A stretch of 64,000 nt of DNA, taken from Candidatus Algichlamydia australiensis (GTDB lineage: Bacteria > Chlamydiota > Chlamydiia > Chlamydiales > JAJFMI01). Both the position numbers and the translations under genes were made by a program. This document shows positions 28,619 through 39,444 of this stretch, piece after piece; positions within the stretch are counted from its first letter, which is position 1, and each line of letters starts with the position of its first letter. The DNA is taken from assembly GCA_033977065.1 (NCBI GenBank), contig JAXCHI010000002.1, positions 128,001-192,000 on the forward strand, given 5' to 3'. The notes beneath the pieces were generated by a model. That model ran no database searches. It saw only the letters and a program-made list of their open reading frames with translations, and had not been told where the DNA came from.

Positions 28619-29304
28619 CCACTACTGAGGGTTTTGCATAACACCGTCCAGAGGGAGCGTTTAAGGAGGGGATCTTTAATATATAGAGAGGGATCGGGGA
28701 GGAGTAAGAGCGACTTGTCGCCAAGTGTACGCGCCTTTTTTTGTGGGATTTCTTGGTAGTGAGAGAGCATTTTTGGGTGGGAAAAGAGAAGTTGGTCGGG
28801 GCAGATGATCAGGCGCAAGGTTGGGGAGGCGAGCAGCGCTTCCCATTTTTCTTGCTTGTCAAGTCTAACTACATCAACGAGTTTGCAGCTGCCAAGGCGT
28901 GTGTCGATGGCGCGCGCGATGCTAGAGAGTAGGGGATGAAATTTAGCGTAGTGGGGGGAGCTTATGAGCAAAATTTCTGGCGCACCCGCTTTTACACGCG
29001 AAGCGATTTTCGCTTTTTTGGCTGATTCATCAGAGGGGGGGGCTTTGTGCAGATGGACGGTTGGGGCGATTTTTCCCAAGATGTTGCCCCACTTGCTGTC
29101 GACTTTTGCCTCTTCAAGTTTTGGCTTTTCAAGAGTGAGCTCTGGCTCTGACTCCGGTTTAGGTGGGGGTGGGGGAACTTCTTGCTTTTTGGGCTTAGGC
29201 GGAGGCGGGAGTTTAATAGCAGGAACAGGTTTTTTTTTAGCAGGAAGATCTTGCAATAGCCAAGCTTTGGCGTCGCGTGTGAGTTCAAGAAGCTCATCTC
29301 TCAT
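28612..29304 (-). CDS. Conserved chlamydial hypothetical protein (CT779-like)
   Basis: Pro-rich N-terminus; C-terminal Y.KDPLLKRSLW motif; upstream of priA as in Chlamydia. Confidence 0.7.
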   Translation of the reverse strand: MRDELLELTRDAKAWLLQDLPAKKKPVPAIKLPPPPKPKKQEVPPPPPKPESEPELTLEKPKLEEAKVDSKWGNILGKIAPTVHLHKAPPSDESAKKAKIASRVKAGAPEILLISSPHYAKFHPLLSSIARAIDTRLGSCKLVDVVRLDKQEKWEALLASPTLRLIICPDQLLFSHPKMLSHYQEIPQKKARTLGDKSLLLLPDPSLYIKDPLLKRSLWTVLCKTLSSGS

Positions 29305-30206
29305 TTTTGGAAGAGTGCCTCAGCAAAGATTTTTTCATCAAATGGAAGAAGATCTTCTGCTTTTTCGCCTACTCCAAGGTAGCAAATTGGCACGCCAAGT
29401 TTGCGATAGATTGAGAGGACGATTCCACCTTTGGCGCTGCCATCGATTTTGGTCAGAGCGATGCCGGTTAGCGGGGTGAACTGATTAAAGGTGATCGCTT
29501 GATCAAGGGCATTTTGTCCTGTTGTTGCATCAAGCACAAGTAGCGCTTCGTGTGGAGCGCTATCTAGTTGTTTTTTACAGACTTGCTCTACTTTTCCTAG
29601 CTCATGCATCAGCTCTGTTTTCGCCTGCAGTCGACCTGCAGTGTCGGCAATGAGCACATCATAGCCCGATTTTGCTTTGGCAATTGCGTCATAGAGAACA
29701 GCCGCGCTATCTCCTCCAGCTCTTCCTTTGACAATGTCAATTTTGAGGCGCTTTGCCCAAATTTCTAGCTGCTCAACTGCAGCTGCACGAAAGGTGTCAC
29801 CTGCAGCAACTAGAACTTTTTTGCCCTCATCACGATAGCGCTTTGCGAGTTTTGCAACAGTTGTTGTCTTACCTGAGCCGTTTACGCCTACAACTAAGAT
29901 GACTTTGGGTTCTCCCTCTTTTGGCTCCTTTGGCCCAATGTCTGTAGGAGTTTGAAGGATTTTTTCTGCATGTGTAGCAAAGCCTTCTAAAATCTCCTCT
30001 TTGGGCAGATGGCGGGCGAGGTTTGTAAACTCCTCTGCAAGTTCTGGACCAAGATCGGACTCATAAAGGATCTCCTCTAGAGCGATAAAGGTCTCATCAT
30101 TAAGGGGATTTTTAAATAGGGAACGAATTTGATCGCCTAATAAAGATCTTGTTTTATTTAGTGCTTTTTTTAATTTTTGCGCGCTAGTTTTTATTAAGTT
30201 AAACAT
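29301..30206 (-). CDS. ftsY: SRP receptor FtsY
   Basis: GVNGSGKTTT, DTFRAAAVEQL, DTAGRL, TKIDGSAKGG. Confidence 0.97.
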   Translation of the reverse strand: MFNLIKTSAQKLKKALNKTRSLLGDQIRSLFKNPLNDETFIALEEILYESDLGPELAEEFTNLARHLPKEEILEGFATHAEKILQTPTDIGPKEPKEGEPKVILVVGVNGSGKTTTVAKLAKRYRDEGKKVLVAAGDTFRAAAVEQLEIWAKRLKIDIVKGRAGGDSAAVLYDAIAKAKSGYDVLIADTAGRLQAKTELMHELGKVEQVCKKQLDSAPHEALLVLDATTGQNALDQAITFNQFTPLTGIALTKIDGSAKGGIVLSIYRKLGVPICYLGVGEKAEDLLPFDEKIFAEALFQK

Positions 30207-30249
30207 TTAATAGTATTAGAAAAAACCTCTTTATATTAATAAGAAAATT

Positions 30250-31422
30250 ATGAATACCCACGAGTACCAAGCCAAGAAAGTTCTAGCCCAATATAACATA
30301 CCTGTTCCGGAAAGCAAACTGATCCGTGATCCGGATGAGATTGAGGGCGCGATCACCGCTTTAGGAAAGGATCAGGCAATTGTTAAAATCCAGGTGCATG
30401 CTGGAGGCCGCGGCAAAGCAGGCGGTGTGAAGTTTGCCAAATCGAAGGACGAAATTCGCAAATATGCAAATGAGATGCTTGGCATGAAAATTGTCAATAA
30501 TCAGACAGGTCCCGATGGCATTGTCGCACATGAGGTGCTTCTCTCCGATCCTGTGGACATTGCAAAAGAGTATTATATTGGTGCCATTATCGATCGCGCA
30601 AATGCACAGGCCATTTTGATCGCTTCTCCTGAAGGGGGAATGGAGATTGAAGAAGTAGCGGAAAAAACTCCAGAAAAAATTTTGAAGCTTCCCATCAGTT
30701 TGGAGGGAGATCTAAGTGATGATCAGCTGTTAAAGCTTGTTGAATTTATGGGATGGGAGGGTGAAACAGCCCAGCAGGGGCGCCAGATAGCGGCAGGACT
30801 TGCAAAAGCATTTATTGAAAGCGATGGCGATCTTTTGGAGATCAACCCTCTTGTTGAAACACCAGATGGAAAGATCTGGGCCGTTGATGCAAAGCTCTCG
30901 ATCGATGATAACGCGCTCTATCGCCAAAAAGAGATTGCGGCTTTCTACGATCCAACACAAATCAGTGAGAATGAGGTACGTGCGAAAGAGCACGACCTTG
31001 CCTACATTGGTTTGCATGGGGAGATTGGTTGTATGGTCAACGGTGCTGGTCTTGCGATGGCAACGATGGATATTATCCACTTTTATGGTGGGGCGCCTGC
31101 CAATTTCCTCGATGTGGGAGGCAGTGCGACCAAAGAAAAGGTAGCCTACGGTTTCAAAATTATTCTTTCCGATCCGGAAGTCAAAGCGATCTTTGTCAAT
31201 ATCTTTGGTGGCATCATGAGCTGCGCTACCATTGCTGAGGGAGTGATCCATGCGGCAAAAGAGCTGGCACTCAAAGTGCCACTGATTGTCCGTCTTGAGG
31301 GAACAAATGTTGATGAAGGAAAAAGATTGCTGCGCGAGTCGGGACTTAAAATCATTGCGGCAGAAGATCTGGCTGATGGAGCCAAAAAAGCAGTAGATAG
31401 TGTGAAAAATGGGGATGCGTAA
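30250..31422 (+). CDS. sucC: Succinyl-CoA synthetase beta subunit
   Basis: [33 protein letters not shown]. Confidence 0.98.
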   Translation: MNTHEYQAKKVLAQYNIPVPESKLIRDPDEIEGAITALGKDQAIVKIQVHAGGRGKAGGVKFAKSKDEIRKYANEMLGMKIVNNQTGPDGIVAHEVLLSDPVDIAKEYYIGAIIDRANAQAILIASPEGGMEIEEVAEKTPEKILKLPISLEGDLSDDQLLKLVEFMGWEGETAQQGRQIAAGLAKAFIESDGDLLEINPLVETPDGKIWAVDAKLSIDDNALYRQKEIAAFYDPTQISENEVRAKEHDLAYIGLHGEIGCMVNGAGLAMATMDIIHFYGGAPANFLDVGGSATKEKVAYGFKIILSDPEVKAIFVNIFGGIMSCATIAEGVIHAAKELALKVPLIVRLEGTNVDEGKRLLRESGLKIIAAEDLADGAKKAVDSVKNGDA

Positions 31423-32297
31423 TGGCAATATTAGTGAATAAAGAGACAAAGATCATCACACAAGGTCTGACGGGAAAAGCGGGCAGCTTCCACACGGAGC
31501 AGGGCCTTAAGTATGGTTCAAAATTTGTGGGAGGGGTGACGCCCAAAAAAGGAGGAACAACCCACCTCGGTCTTCCTGTTTTTAATAGTGTTGCAGAATC
31601 GGTTAGGGCTGTGCAGCCCGATGCTACACTCATTTTTGTGCCGCCTCCCTTTGCAGCAAGTGCGATTTTAGAAGCAGAAAGCGCAAATATTCCCTTGATT
31701 ATCTGCATTACAGAAGGAATTCCGATTCGAGATATGTTGAAAGTTACCCAAGTGATGCGCGCCTCCAAAAGTTCGCGCCTCATTGGTCCCAACTGTCCTG
31801 GCATTATCACTCCTGGTGAGTGCAAAATTGGGATTATGCCGGGCTACATTCACAAAAAAGGAAGAATTGGCATTGTTTCGCGCTCTGGAACGCTCACTTA
31901 TGAAGCGGTTTGGCAAACATCAGAGCTCGGCCTTGGTCAAAGCACCTGTGTGGGAATTGGAGGAGATCCTCTTAATGGCACAAACTTTATCGACGTACTC
32001 AAACTCTTTGAAGAAGATCCACAGACAGAAGGCATTCTGATGATTGGTGAAATTGGCGGAGATGCGGAAGAGCAAGCTGCTGCTTGGATTAAAGAAAACT
32101 GCACCAAACCCGTTGCGGGATTTATAGCAGGGGTAACAGCGCCTCCAGGGCGCCGTATGGGCCATGCCGGTGCGATTGTCTCTGGTGGACAGGGAACCGC
32201 AGAAGCCAAAATCAGAGCGTTGCAAGATGCGGGCGCAGTTGTGACAGAATCGCCTGCAGAGATGGGTAAAGCGATGCAAGAGGCGCTTAGAAAATGA
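31422..32297 (+). CDS. sucD: Succinyl-CoA synthetase alpha subunit
   Basis: [24 protein letters not shown] phospho-His. Confidence 0.98.
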   Translation: MAILVNKETKIITQGLTGKAGSFHTEQGLKYGSKFVGGVTPKKGGTTHLGLPVFNSVAESVRAVQPDATLIFVPPPFAASAILEAESANIPLIICITEGIPIRDMLKVTQVMRASKSSRLIGPNCPGIITPGECKIGIMPGYIHKKGRIGIVSRSGTLTYEAVWQTSELGLGQSTCVGIGGDPLNGTNFIDVLKLFEEDPQTEGILMIGEIGGDAEEQAAAWIKENCTKPVAGFIAGVTAPPGRRMGHAGAIVSGGQGTAEAKIRALQDAGAVVTESPAEMGKAMQEALRK

Positions 32298-33424
32298 ATT
32301 TTAAGTTACCCGGAAATATTCCTGTACGCGTCAGCTTTGGCTTCTGGGTAACCGCTGCCATCATTGGCGTTCTCTATAGTTTTAATGTAGTAGGTACCCT
32401 GATTTGGATGGCGATCATCTTCATCTCTATCCTCGTCCATGAGTTTGGTCACGCGATTGCTTCGCTTATCTTTGGCCAGCACCCGCGCATTGAGCTCATT
32501 CCCTTTGGTGGGCTGACCTATCCCGAAGGAAAAAAAATCTCCAAATTCAAAGAGTTTCTTGTGATCTTCAACGGCCCCTTCTTCGGCATCCTCCTCTTTG
32601 CTATCAGCTACGCCATCTTAAAAATCCCCGCCGTAGAAAATAGTTTTTGGAAAGGACCTCTGCTTGTGATGCGCAATGTTAACCTCTTCTGGACTTTGGT
32701 GAACTTGCTTCCTGTTTTGCCGCTTGATGGAGGACAACTGATGCGAGTGATTTTTGAAAGCATTTTTAAAAATAAAGGGATTAAAATCGCCCTTATTGCA
32801 TCAATCTGCATCTCGATTAGCTTCATTCTGACCTCCTTTCTTATTGGTTACTTTTTGATTGGTGCGATCTTTGCGCTCTTCGCCTTTCAAAATTTTGAGA
32901 CTTACCGCCACATGCGCTCTTTTGATGAGAGCGACCGCGATGAAGAGAATCAAGAGCTCATACGCAAGGCAGAAGAGGCTCTCGCAAATGATCACAAGCC
33001 TGTTGCCAAGCCTCTTCTAGAAAAGATTATTAAAAAAACCAGCCGCGGCATGATCTTTAATGCTGCAAGCCAATATCTTGCGAAAATTCTCTACGATGAG
33101 GGAGATGAAAAACGCTCTTACGAGCTGCTTATTCGTGTGCATCGTGACCTGCCCTTTGAAGGAAAACTCCTGCTGCATGAGCTTGCATTTAAAAATGGTA
33201 ACGATCAGATGACCCTGCAACTTGCAGGCGAATGTTTTCAAGAGACACAAAACGCGGAAGTGGCACTGCGCTCTGCAAAAGCGGCGGCACGTCTCAAGCA
33301 AGTCGAGCCTGCCATCGGCTGGCTGCAAGCAGCCGAGCGAGCTGGACTCAAAAATATCGAAACACATCTTAAGGAAAAAGATTTTGATTCTATCCGTAAC
33401 CACCCAAATTTGAACCTATCTTAA
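32294..33424 (+). CDS. Site-2 (M50) membrane metalloprotease with helical/TPR-like C-terminus
   Basis: HEFGH and [11 protein letters not shown] motifs; TM helices. Confidence 0.9.
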   Translation: MNFKLPGNIPVRVSFGFWVTAAIIGVLYSFNVVGTLIWMAIIFISILVHEFGHAIASLIFGQHPRIELIPFGGLTYPEGKKISKFKEFLVIFNGPFFGILLFAISYAILKIPAVENSFWKGPLLVMRNVNLFWTLVNLLPVLPLDGGQLMRVIFESIFKNKGIKIALIASICISISFILTSFLIGYFLIGAIFALFAFQNFETYRHMRSFDESDRDEENQELIRKAEEALANDHKPVAKPLLEKIIKKTSRGMIFNAASQYLAKILYDEGDEKRSYELLIRVHRDLPFEGKLLLHELAFKNGNDQMTLQLAGECFQETQNAEVALRSAKAAARLKQVEPAIGWLQAAERAGLKNIETHLKEKDFDSIRNHPNLNLS

Positions 33425-33489
33425 ATAAACAGGTGTTCCATTTTTTTCACATTTTCGGCTCGATCTATTGGTAAATGAATAGATTAGTC

Positions 33490-34926
33490 CTATTTTGTCT
33501 TAAGTGAGTAAAAGCGCACTTGGCCTTTGTAGTTGATTACAAGGAGGATAGCACTCTTTTTCCCGTCAGACTTTTTGAGAGCCTCGTTGAGGTCATTGAG
33601 GCTACCCACTTTTTGGCGGTTAGCCTGGATGATGATCGATCCTGCAGGGATGCGGGCACTACTACTGATAGAACCGGGTTTTACAGCTGTGATGAGCACG
33701 CCTTCTGTGTCTGTAGGATAGCCGAGTTGTTGGGCTTGTGAGGCAGTAAGTTCCTCAACTTCAAGGCCGATGTTTTGCGCAAGGGCAGAGACGTTGGCAG
33801 TTGTCGTCATTTGCGAGCCGATTGTGATCGGAACTTGCATGATTTTGCCTTCGCGGTTCACTGTAAGTGTGACTTTGGTTCCAGGCTTTGCGAGGCCGAT
33901 TTCATTGCGGATGGAAGTGGGGGAGCGAACAGGTTTTCCATTAATTTCTAAAATGATATCGCCCTGCTTTAGTCCTGCTTTATCTGCAGGTGAGTCGCCC
34001 ATGACACGAGTCACAAGAACGCCTTCTGTTTTTTGTAGATTAAGGCCTTCAGCAAGTCCTTTATCAATCGGTTGCAGTTCTACACCGAGATAGCCGCGGG
34101 TTACTTTTCCATCGGAGAGGATTTGTGACTGGATCGTATTGGCAATGTTGCTGGGAACGGCAAATCCAATGCCCATGCTGCCGCCAGAACGTGAGACGAT
34201 TGCAGTGTTAATGCCAATGACTTCTCCGTCTAAGTTTAGAAGAGGACCACCCGAATTACCGGGATTGATTGCCGCATCTGTTTGAATAAAGTCTTCACGG
34301 TCTGTGATTTGCAAGTTTTGTCTGCCTTTGGCACTTATGTTTCCAATTGTTACTGTCGCCTCTAATCCGAAGGGGTTGCCAATCGCCATGCAAAATTCTG
34401 CAATTTCAACGGCTTCAGAGTCGCCAAAAGGAAGATAATCATAATTTTTCCCGTCAATTTTGATGATGGCAAGGTCTGTTTGTGGATCACCACCAACAAA
34501 GGTCGCTTCGACCTCTTCGCTATGACCATTTTGAATGACAACAGTCAACTTTTTTGCATCGCGCACGACGTGGAAGTTGGTCATGATGTAGCCATCTTGT
34601 GTGAAAATAAAACCAGAGCCCTGGCTGCGCTGCGGCTGTGGCTGACGATGGAATCTAGGGGTGCCTTCAAAAAAACGGCGAAAAAATTCGTCTTGTTGAC
34701 TGAAAGGATTGCTAGGGCCGTAACCTTCGTAGAGATCTTCGCTCGTATAGCCTTCTGTTTTGATGAAGACAACGGCTGGTGTAGCTTTTTTTGCGACGGC
34801 GGAAAAGGCGCGCGATAAGTCTTTTGCGGTGCAGATACACTTCTCATCACTTGTTTTCGATTTAGCTGCTTCGATGTTTGTGCTAATAAGAAGAATTGAA
34901 CTTAATGCAATTGCAGTAAATTTCAT
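33490..34926 (-). CDS. htrA: HtrA/DegP serine protease with two PDZ domains
   Basis: Signal peptide, TNFHVV, DLAIIKI, AINPGNSGGPL. Confidence 0.96.
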   Translation of the reverse strand: MKFTAIALSSILLISTNIEAAKSKTSDEKCICTAKDLSRAFSAVAKKATPAVVFIKTEGYTSEDLYEGYGPSNPFSQQDEFFRRFFEGTPRFHRQPQPQRSQGSGFIFTQDGYIMTNFHVVRDAKKLTVVIQNGHSEEVEATFVGGDPQTDLAIIKIDGKNYDYLPFGDSEAVEIAEFCMAIGNPFGLEATVTIGNISAKGRQNLQITDREDFIQTDAAINPGNSGGPLLNLDGEVIGINTAIVSRSGGSMGIGFAVPSNIANTIQSQILSDGKVTRGYLGVELQPIDKGLAEGLNLQKTEGVLVTRVMGDSPADKAGLKQGDIILEINGKPVRSPTSIRNEIGLAKPGTKVTLTVNREGKIMQVPITIGSQMTTTANVSALAQNIGLEVEELTASQAQQLGYPTDTEGVLITAVKPGSISSSARIPAGSIIIQANRQKVGSLNDLNEALKKSDGKKSAILLVINYKGQVRFYSLKTK

Positions 34927-34967
34927 AACGGTTTTCCTTTTTCAATATTTCTTTAGTTTATCTTCAT

Positions 34968-37898
34968 CTATGCAATTTGGCAAGAGATGGTTTCTTGCAA
35001 TGAATGGGTAGGGATTTTTTCTTTTTCTAAAAGTTCTTTAGCAGCAAAGGTAGCATAAAGAGCACTCTCTTTTTTAGAGAGTAGATGCTCTTTGGCCACA
35101 CGCGCAACCTCTTCCGGCTTTGCCGATAGGATGCGATCGCGCCACTCTTGGCGTCGTTTTACTGTTTTTCCTTCACGGAGTGCAAAGTATTCTGCAGAGG
35201 CACGCGCGCTTGGGGAAATCGGCATATCCAAATTTTGCAATAAAAGTAGCTGCGCCTCTTCTAAATCAGCTGCGGTGAAGTTGCCACTGGCAACTTCTTC
35301 GATACCTTTATCAAATGCTTTGAGTGTGGATTGAATGTGCGGATCGCGTGAGCCGAGGCAGATAAAATGACCGGTTAAGGGATTGTAACCGGCACCAGAG
35401 CCGTAAGCACCACCCTGTTCGCGGATTGTTTTATGTAAGACTTTATTTTCCATCAGTTTTGGTACGAGTAGAAGAAGCGGTGCATCGGGATTTGTCGAGG
35501 TAATTGTGCGGAAACCCCAGCCGGTAAAGGCAACAGGGGATGCGATTGCTCTTCCTTGTGAGGTAATAGAGAGCAGCTCTTCGTTTGTTTTCCAGGGAGT
35601 AAAGGGTTTGGCTGAAATTTTGCTAAGATTAAAGAAATTTTCTTTTTTAAGTCTTTGGTAGTCTTCTTCATCGCAGCTAATGATGAGATTCGGTTGATGA
35701 AAATGGAGAATTTTTTCCTTTAACTCTACAAGTTTTGCTAGCAATTCATCCGCAAGTCGATCAAAGTTTGTGGCGAGATGTTCAATAAATTGGTAGTAGT
35801 GCAAGCCAAAGCTCTGCTCTTTAATACTTCCAGAAGGCGAGCAACCAGCAGTAGCAAGAGAGAGGGCATAACTCATTGGACTGCTTTGTACTTTGCTCTG
35901 GAGTCCGGTGTACATTTGTAGCACTAGCTCGCGAATACGCTCTTTTTCATCAAAGCGCACCTCTCTTGCTGTCTCAATCAGGGTTTGTAGCATCGCTCCT
36001 GCATTGCGAGAGAGGGCTTTAGAAGAGAGGGAGAATGAGGGGCGCATCTGATTAGGATCATCAAATTGTGTATTGAGGGAACTGGAGGCCCAAATGCCGC
36101 CTGTAATACTTTCAAGGTGCTGCAAGTTTTGCGCGAAATCGCGCTCTGCGCAGCCAAGTTCTGGAAGCAACTTGGTAAAAAGAGTGAAGTAGGGAAGCTC
36201 TTCTGCTTCAAGTGCAGGTGTGTCAAAAACAAGTTGAGCATAGACAAGGCCGTTAGTGAAGCAGTTGTGTGAAAAGACGGTTAGATGATCAAATTTTTCT
36301 TCGCGCAGTGGGAAGCTACGCGCTTTGGTATCCACATCTTCAAGACTCACTTTTGGCAAACAACTTAAGTCTTGACCCTCTTGTTTCTCTTGCAGCTCTT
36401 TTAAATCTTTTGCTTGGGCAATAATCTGTTTTTTTTGTTCATCTGTTAGCTGTTTTTCTATTTCCGTAAGCCGCTCTTTTTCTTCTTGGTCTTCACGCTC
36501 TCCACGTTTAGGATCGGGCTCCATTGTCAGGTTGACAAAATGCGGGTTATCAAGGAAATACTTTCTCAGCAGGTCTGTGAGGTAGTTTTGATCTTTTAGC
36601 TTCTCTTCGATCTGGTCAAAGAGCGCATGCAGTTGCAGTCCGCGCGCAGGATCGATGTTGTGCTGTTTTAGCAATCCAGAACGGAAGAAGAGTGTGAGAC
36701 CAAATGGTGTAGACCCACTTGTTGTTTCTAGTCGGTCGAGCTCGAGCTGGTGGAGGGAATTTTGAATAAGCTTTGGATCAATTCCCTCATTCGCAATCTC
36801 CTCTAAGCTCTCGCGTACAAGCTTTTCAATCGCCTCAGCACTCTCTTTTTTTGCTCCGCGACAAAAGATCAGATAGGGAATCTCATGCATATCTGTGTCC
36901 ATAAATCCATCAGCGTGTGTGCAGAGCCCTGATGCGAGCAGACGACGTTTGAGCGGCGATGCGTCCGTATCCATTAGTGTTGATTCTAGTAAACTTAAGC
37001 CCAGCAAATCCTCCTGATTTTGGATTGGTACTGTGAGCCAGCCAAGCGCCACAAACGATTTTCCCTCTAGTTCTGTGTCGCTTGTCGGGTAGGTATCACA
37101 AACGCGTTTGGGTGCCGTGAATCTTCTTTGAGAAGCGATTGGTGGGAGTGGTTGTTTGAGCTCCGCCTCATGTAAAACATTTTTCTCAATAAAATCGAGA
37201 TGCCCCTCTAAAGGCAAGTTGCCATAAAAATAGAAGAGACAGCGGCTAGGATGGTAAAACGTTTTATGAAAGCCGAGGAATTCCTCATAACTTAAGTTGG
37301 GAATATCGCGCGGATCGCCTCCCGAATTAAAGGCGTAAGGGGTGTCAGGTAATAGGAGTTCATTGATCTTATGCCAGGTGCGCATTTCAGGGGAAGCGAC
37401 TGAACCTTTCATCTCATTAAAAACAATTCCTTTGTAAATCAAATTCTCTGCTTCATCAAAGTCAAAGCGGTGTCCCTCCTGACGAAAGCTCAACTCGTTC
37501 AATTCAGGGTAGAAAACAGCATCCAAGTAGACGCCTAGCAAATTATAAAAGTCTTTCTTTACCTGCGTAGCACATGGATAGCAGGTCATATCTTGACCTG
37601 TTAACGCATTCATGTACGTATTGAGGCTGCGGCGATTCATAGAGAAGAAGGGATCCTTTACAGGATATTTTTTGGAGCCGCATAAAACTGTATGCTCAAG
37701 AATATGAGGCGCGCCATTGGAGCTCTCTGGCAATGTCTGAAACGAGAGACAAAAAACATTTTCCTTGTCGTCACAGGCAATGTGCATGACCTTGGCTCCG
37801 CTCGGCCTGTGGGTCAGTTCGATTAATGTCGCTTTTAGCTCTTCAATTGGCTCACTTCGCATGCAAACAAAATTGCCGTATTCTTGGTCTTTCTTCAT
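34968..37898 (-). CDS. M16C (presequence-protease-like) zinc metalloprotease
   Basis: HILEHTVLCGS inverted HxxEH, GIVFNEMKG, IREQGGAYG. Confidence 0.93.
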   Translation of the reverse strand: MKKDQEYGNFVCMRSEPIEELKATLIELTHRPSGAKVMHIACDDKENVFCLSFQTLPESSNGAPHILEHTVLCGSKKYPVKDPFFSMNRRSLNTYMNALTGQDMTCYPCATQVKKDFYNLLGVYLDAVFYPELNELSFRQEGHRFDFDEAENLIYKGIVFNEMKGSVASPEMRTWHKINELLLPDTPYAFNSGGDPRDIPNLSYEEFLGFHKTFYHPSRCLFYFYGNLPLEGHLDFIEKNVLHEAELKQPLPPIASQRRFTAPKRVCDTYPTSDTELEGKSFVALGWLTVPIQNQEDLLGLSLLESTLMDTDASPLKRRLLASGLCTHADGFMDTDMHEIPYLIFCRGAKKESAEAIEKLVRESLEEIANEGIDPKLIQNSLHQLELDRLETTSGSTPFGLTLFFRSGLLKQHNIDPARGLQLHALFDQIEEKLKDQNYLTDLLRKYFLDNPHFVNLTMEPDPKRGEREDQEEKERLTEIEKQLTDEQKKQIIAQAKDLKELQEKQEGQDLSCLPKVSLEDVDTKARSFPLREEKFDHLTVFSHNCFTNGLVYAQLVFDTPALEAEELPYFTLFTKLLPELGCAERDFAQNLQHLESITGGIWASSSLNTQFDDPNQMRPSFSLSSKALSRNAGAMLQTLIETAREVRFDEKERIRELVLQMYTGLQSKVQSSPMSYALSLATAGCSPSGSIKEQSFGLHYYQFIEHLATNFDRLADELLAKLVELKEKILHFHQPNLIISCDEEDYQRLKKENFFNLSKISAKPFTPWKTNEELLSITSQGRAIASPVAFTGWGFRTITSTNPDAPLLLLVPKLMENKVLHKTIREQGGAYGSGAGYNPLTGHFICLGSRDPHIQSTLKAFDKGIEEVASGNFTAADLEEAQLLLLQNLDMPISPSARASAEYFALREGKTVKRRQEWRDRILSAKPEEVARVAKEHLLSKKESALYATFAAKELLEKEKIPTHSLQETISCQIA

Positions 37899-37967
37899 AG
37901 AGCCCCAGTATACGACAACTCTCTTTTTTTAATTAACTCAAGATCACTAATCGCATCTTCGTCAAGG

Positions 37968-37989
37968 TTTTTCTGTTACAGAGTACTAG
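37968..37989. repeat. Isolated right end of the 50560-50728 hairpin family
   Basis: ttttctgttacagagtactag matches the terminal IR; shares its CTAG with the next element. Confidence 0.7.
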
Positions 37990-38152
37990 ATAGTGTCGTC
38001 AAAAGGCTATAATCAGATTATTTTTCATGTTTGCAGCTTATTTTTGTGCGGAAAATGAAGCTGAATTTGTAAATTCCGCTTCATTTGAGCACAAAAATGG
38101 AGCCCAAACATGAAAAATAAGATGGTTGTATGCTTTTGACGACGCTATCTAG
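37986..38152. repeat. 167-bp long-hairpin element with CTAG ends
   Basis: ctagatagtgtcgtcaaaag / cttttgacgacgctatctag termini; nested pairing to central gaagctgaatttgtaaattccgcttc. Confidence 0.85.
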
Positions 38153-38185
38153 ACAACTCGGTCAAAATAATCCAAAAGCTAGATG

Positions 38186-38209
38186 AAAGGCACCCCGAAA
38201 GGGGCGCCC
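38186..38209 (-). terminator. Probable intrinsic terminator of nrdAB
   Basis: gggcgcccc-tttc-ggggtgcc hairpin followed by ttt, about 10 nt after the nrdB stop. Confidence 0.6.
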
Positions 38210-38219
38210 ATTGAAGAGA

Positions 38220-39260
38220 CTACCAAGTGAGGCTGGCAGAAGATTGGTACTCGTTGACGCGGGTTTCAAAGAAGTTCTTCTCTTTGCCCAGATCAATTGT
38301 TTCGCTCATCCAGGGGAAGGGGTTGCTCGATCCATAGAGCGCTTTGAGGCCGATACGCTCGAGGCGACGGTCAGCGATGTGCTGCACGTACTCGCGGAAC
38401 ATCGGAGCCGTGAGGCCGAGGATGCCTTTAGGAAGGCAGTCAACAGCGTACTGATACTCCAGTTCAACAGCCTCTTTGATCAGACCGATGATGTGCTGCT
38501 GGAACTCGGGGGTCCAGAGGTGGGGATTTTCCTCCTTGATTCCGTTAATCAAGTCGATGCCAAAGTTCAAATGGATGGTCTCATCGCGCAGAATGTATTG
38601 GAACTGCTCGCCGATTCCGGTCATTTTATTTTGGCGGTGTAGAGAGAGAATCATTGCAAAGCCGCTGTAGAAGAAGAGACCTTCCATAATGATATAATAG
38701 CCGATCAGGTTTTCTAAGAATTTTTGCGCACCTTCAGTTGTTTCAGTTGTGAAATTTTCGTTCAGCATATCTTCGGTAAGCTGCATCTCAAATTTATCTT
38801 TAGCTTGTATAGCAGGGATTTCGTTGTACATGTTGAAGATTTCACCTTGGTCAAGGTTAAGAGACTCAACTATGTAGTGGAAGGTGTGAGTGTGGATCGC
38901 TTCTTCAAACCCTTGGCGTAGGAGATATTGGCGCGCTTCGGGGTTAGTCAGATGTTTATAGATACCGAGAACAATGTTGTTGCCAACTAAGCTCTCTGCT
39001 GTGCTAAAGAAGCCGAGGTTGCGCATGATCAGCCGGCGCTCTGCTTCTGTAAGCTCATTAGACTTCCAAAGTTCGATGTCTTTTGCCATCGGTACTTCTG
39101 TTGGCATCCAGTGGTTAGCACAACCATTGAGATAGTGCTCCCATGCCCAACCATATTTGAGGGGCATCAGTTGGTTGACATCAACTTTGGTGCAGTTAAT
39201 CAGTTTTTTTTCATTTGCTTGGACGCGCTTATTTTCGCCGTCTTTAATATGTTCTTCCAT
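38220..39260 (-). CDS. nrdB: Ribonucleotide reductase R2 subunit, class Ic (Mn/Fe) type
   Basis: FFSTAESL (Glu as first ligand), EEAIHTHTF (Phe at the radical-Tyr position), [14 protein letters not shown]. Confidence 0.93.
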   Translation of the reverse strand: MEEHIKDGENKRVQANEKKLINCTKVDVNQLMPLKYGWAWEHYLNGCANHWMPTEVPMAKDIELWKSNELTEAERRLIMRNLGFFSTAESLVGNNIVLGIYKHLTNPEARQYLLRQGFEEAIHTHTFHYIVESLNLDQGEIFNMYNEIPAIQAKDKFEMQLTEDMLNENFTTETTEGAQKFLENLIGYYIIMEGLFFYSGFAMILSLHRQNKMTGIGEQFQYILRDETIHLNFGIDLINGIKEENPHLWTPEFQQHIIGLIKEAVELEYQYAVDCLPKGILGLTAPMFREYVQHIADRRLERIGLKALYGSSNPFPWMSETIDLGKEKNFFETRVNEYQSSASLTW

Positions 39261-39276
39261 TATTAACCTCTTTTTT

Positions 39277-39439
39277 AGGAGACACTGAACGACTCATGCA
39301 CCGTTATCTGGGCCGATAAATTCTAGAAGAGATTATTTTCGATCTCCATCAACTTGCAAAAGTTGATTGCGATTTCCAAATAATCTTTTCTAGATTTTTC
39401 AGCTCGGTCTAACGGCACAGCAGCTATTCAGCGGCTCCT
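39277..39439. repeat. 163-bp long-hairpin element (family B1) between nrdA and nrdB
   Basis: aggagacactgaa...ttcagcggctcct; clearly homologous to 42806-42966. Confidence 0.85.
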
Positions 39440-39444
39440 TTTTT

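Noticed and set aside
30730..31449. 239-aa antisense ORF over sucC and similar antisense ORFs over nrdA, htrA, priA and lysS
   Set aside because: Fully overlap well-conserved genes and show no motifs; expected from codon bias
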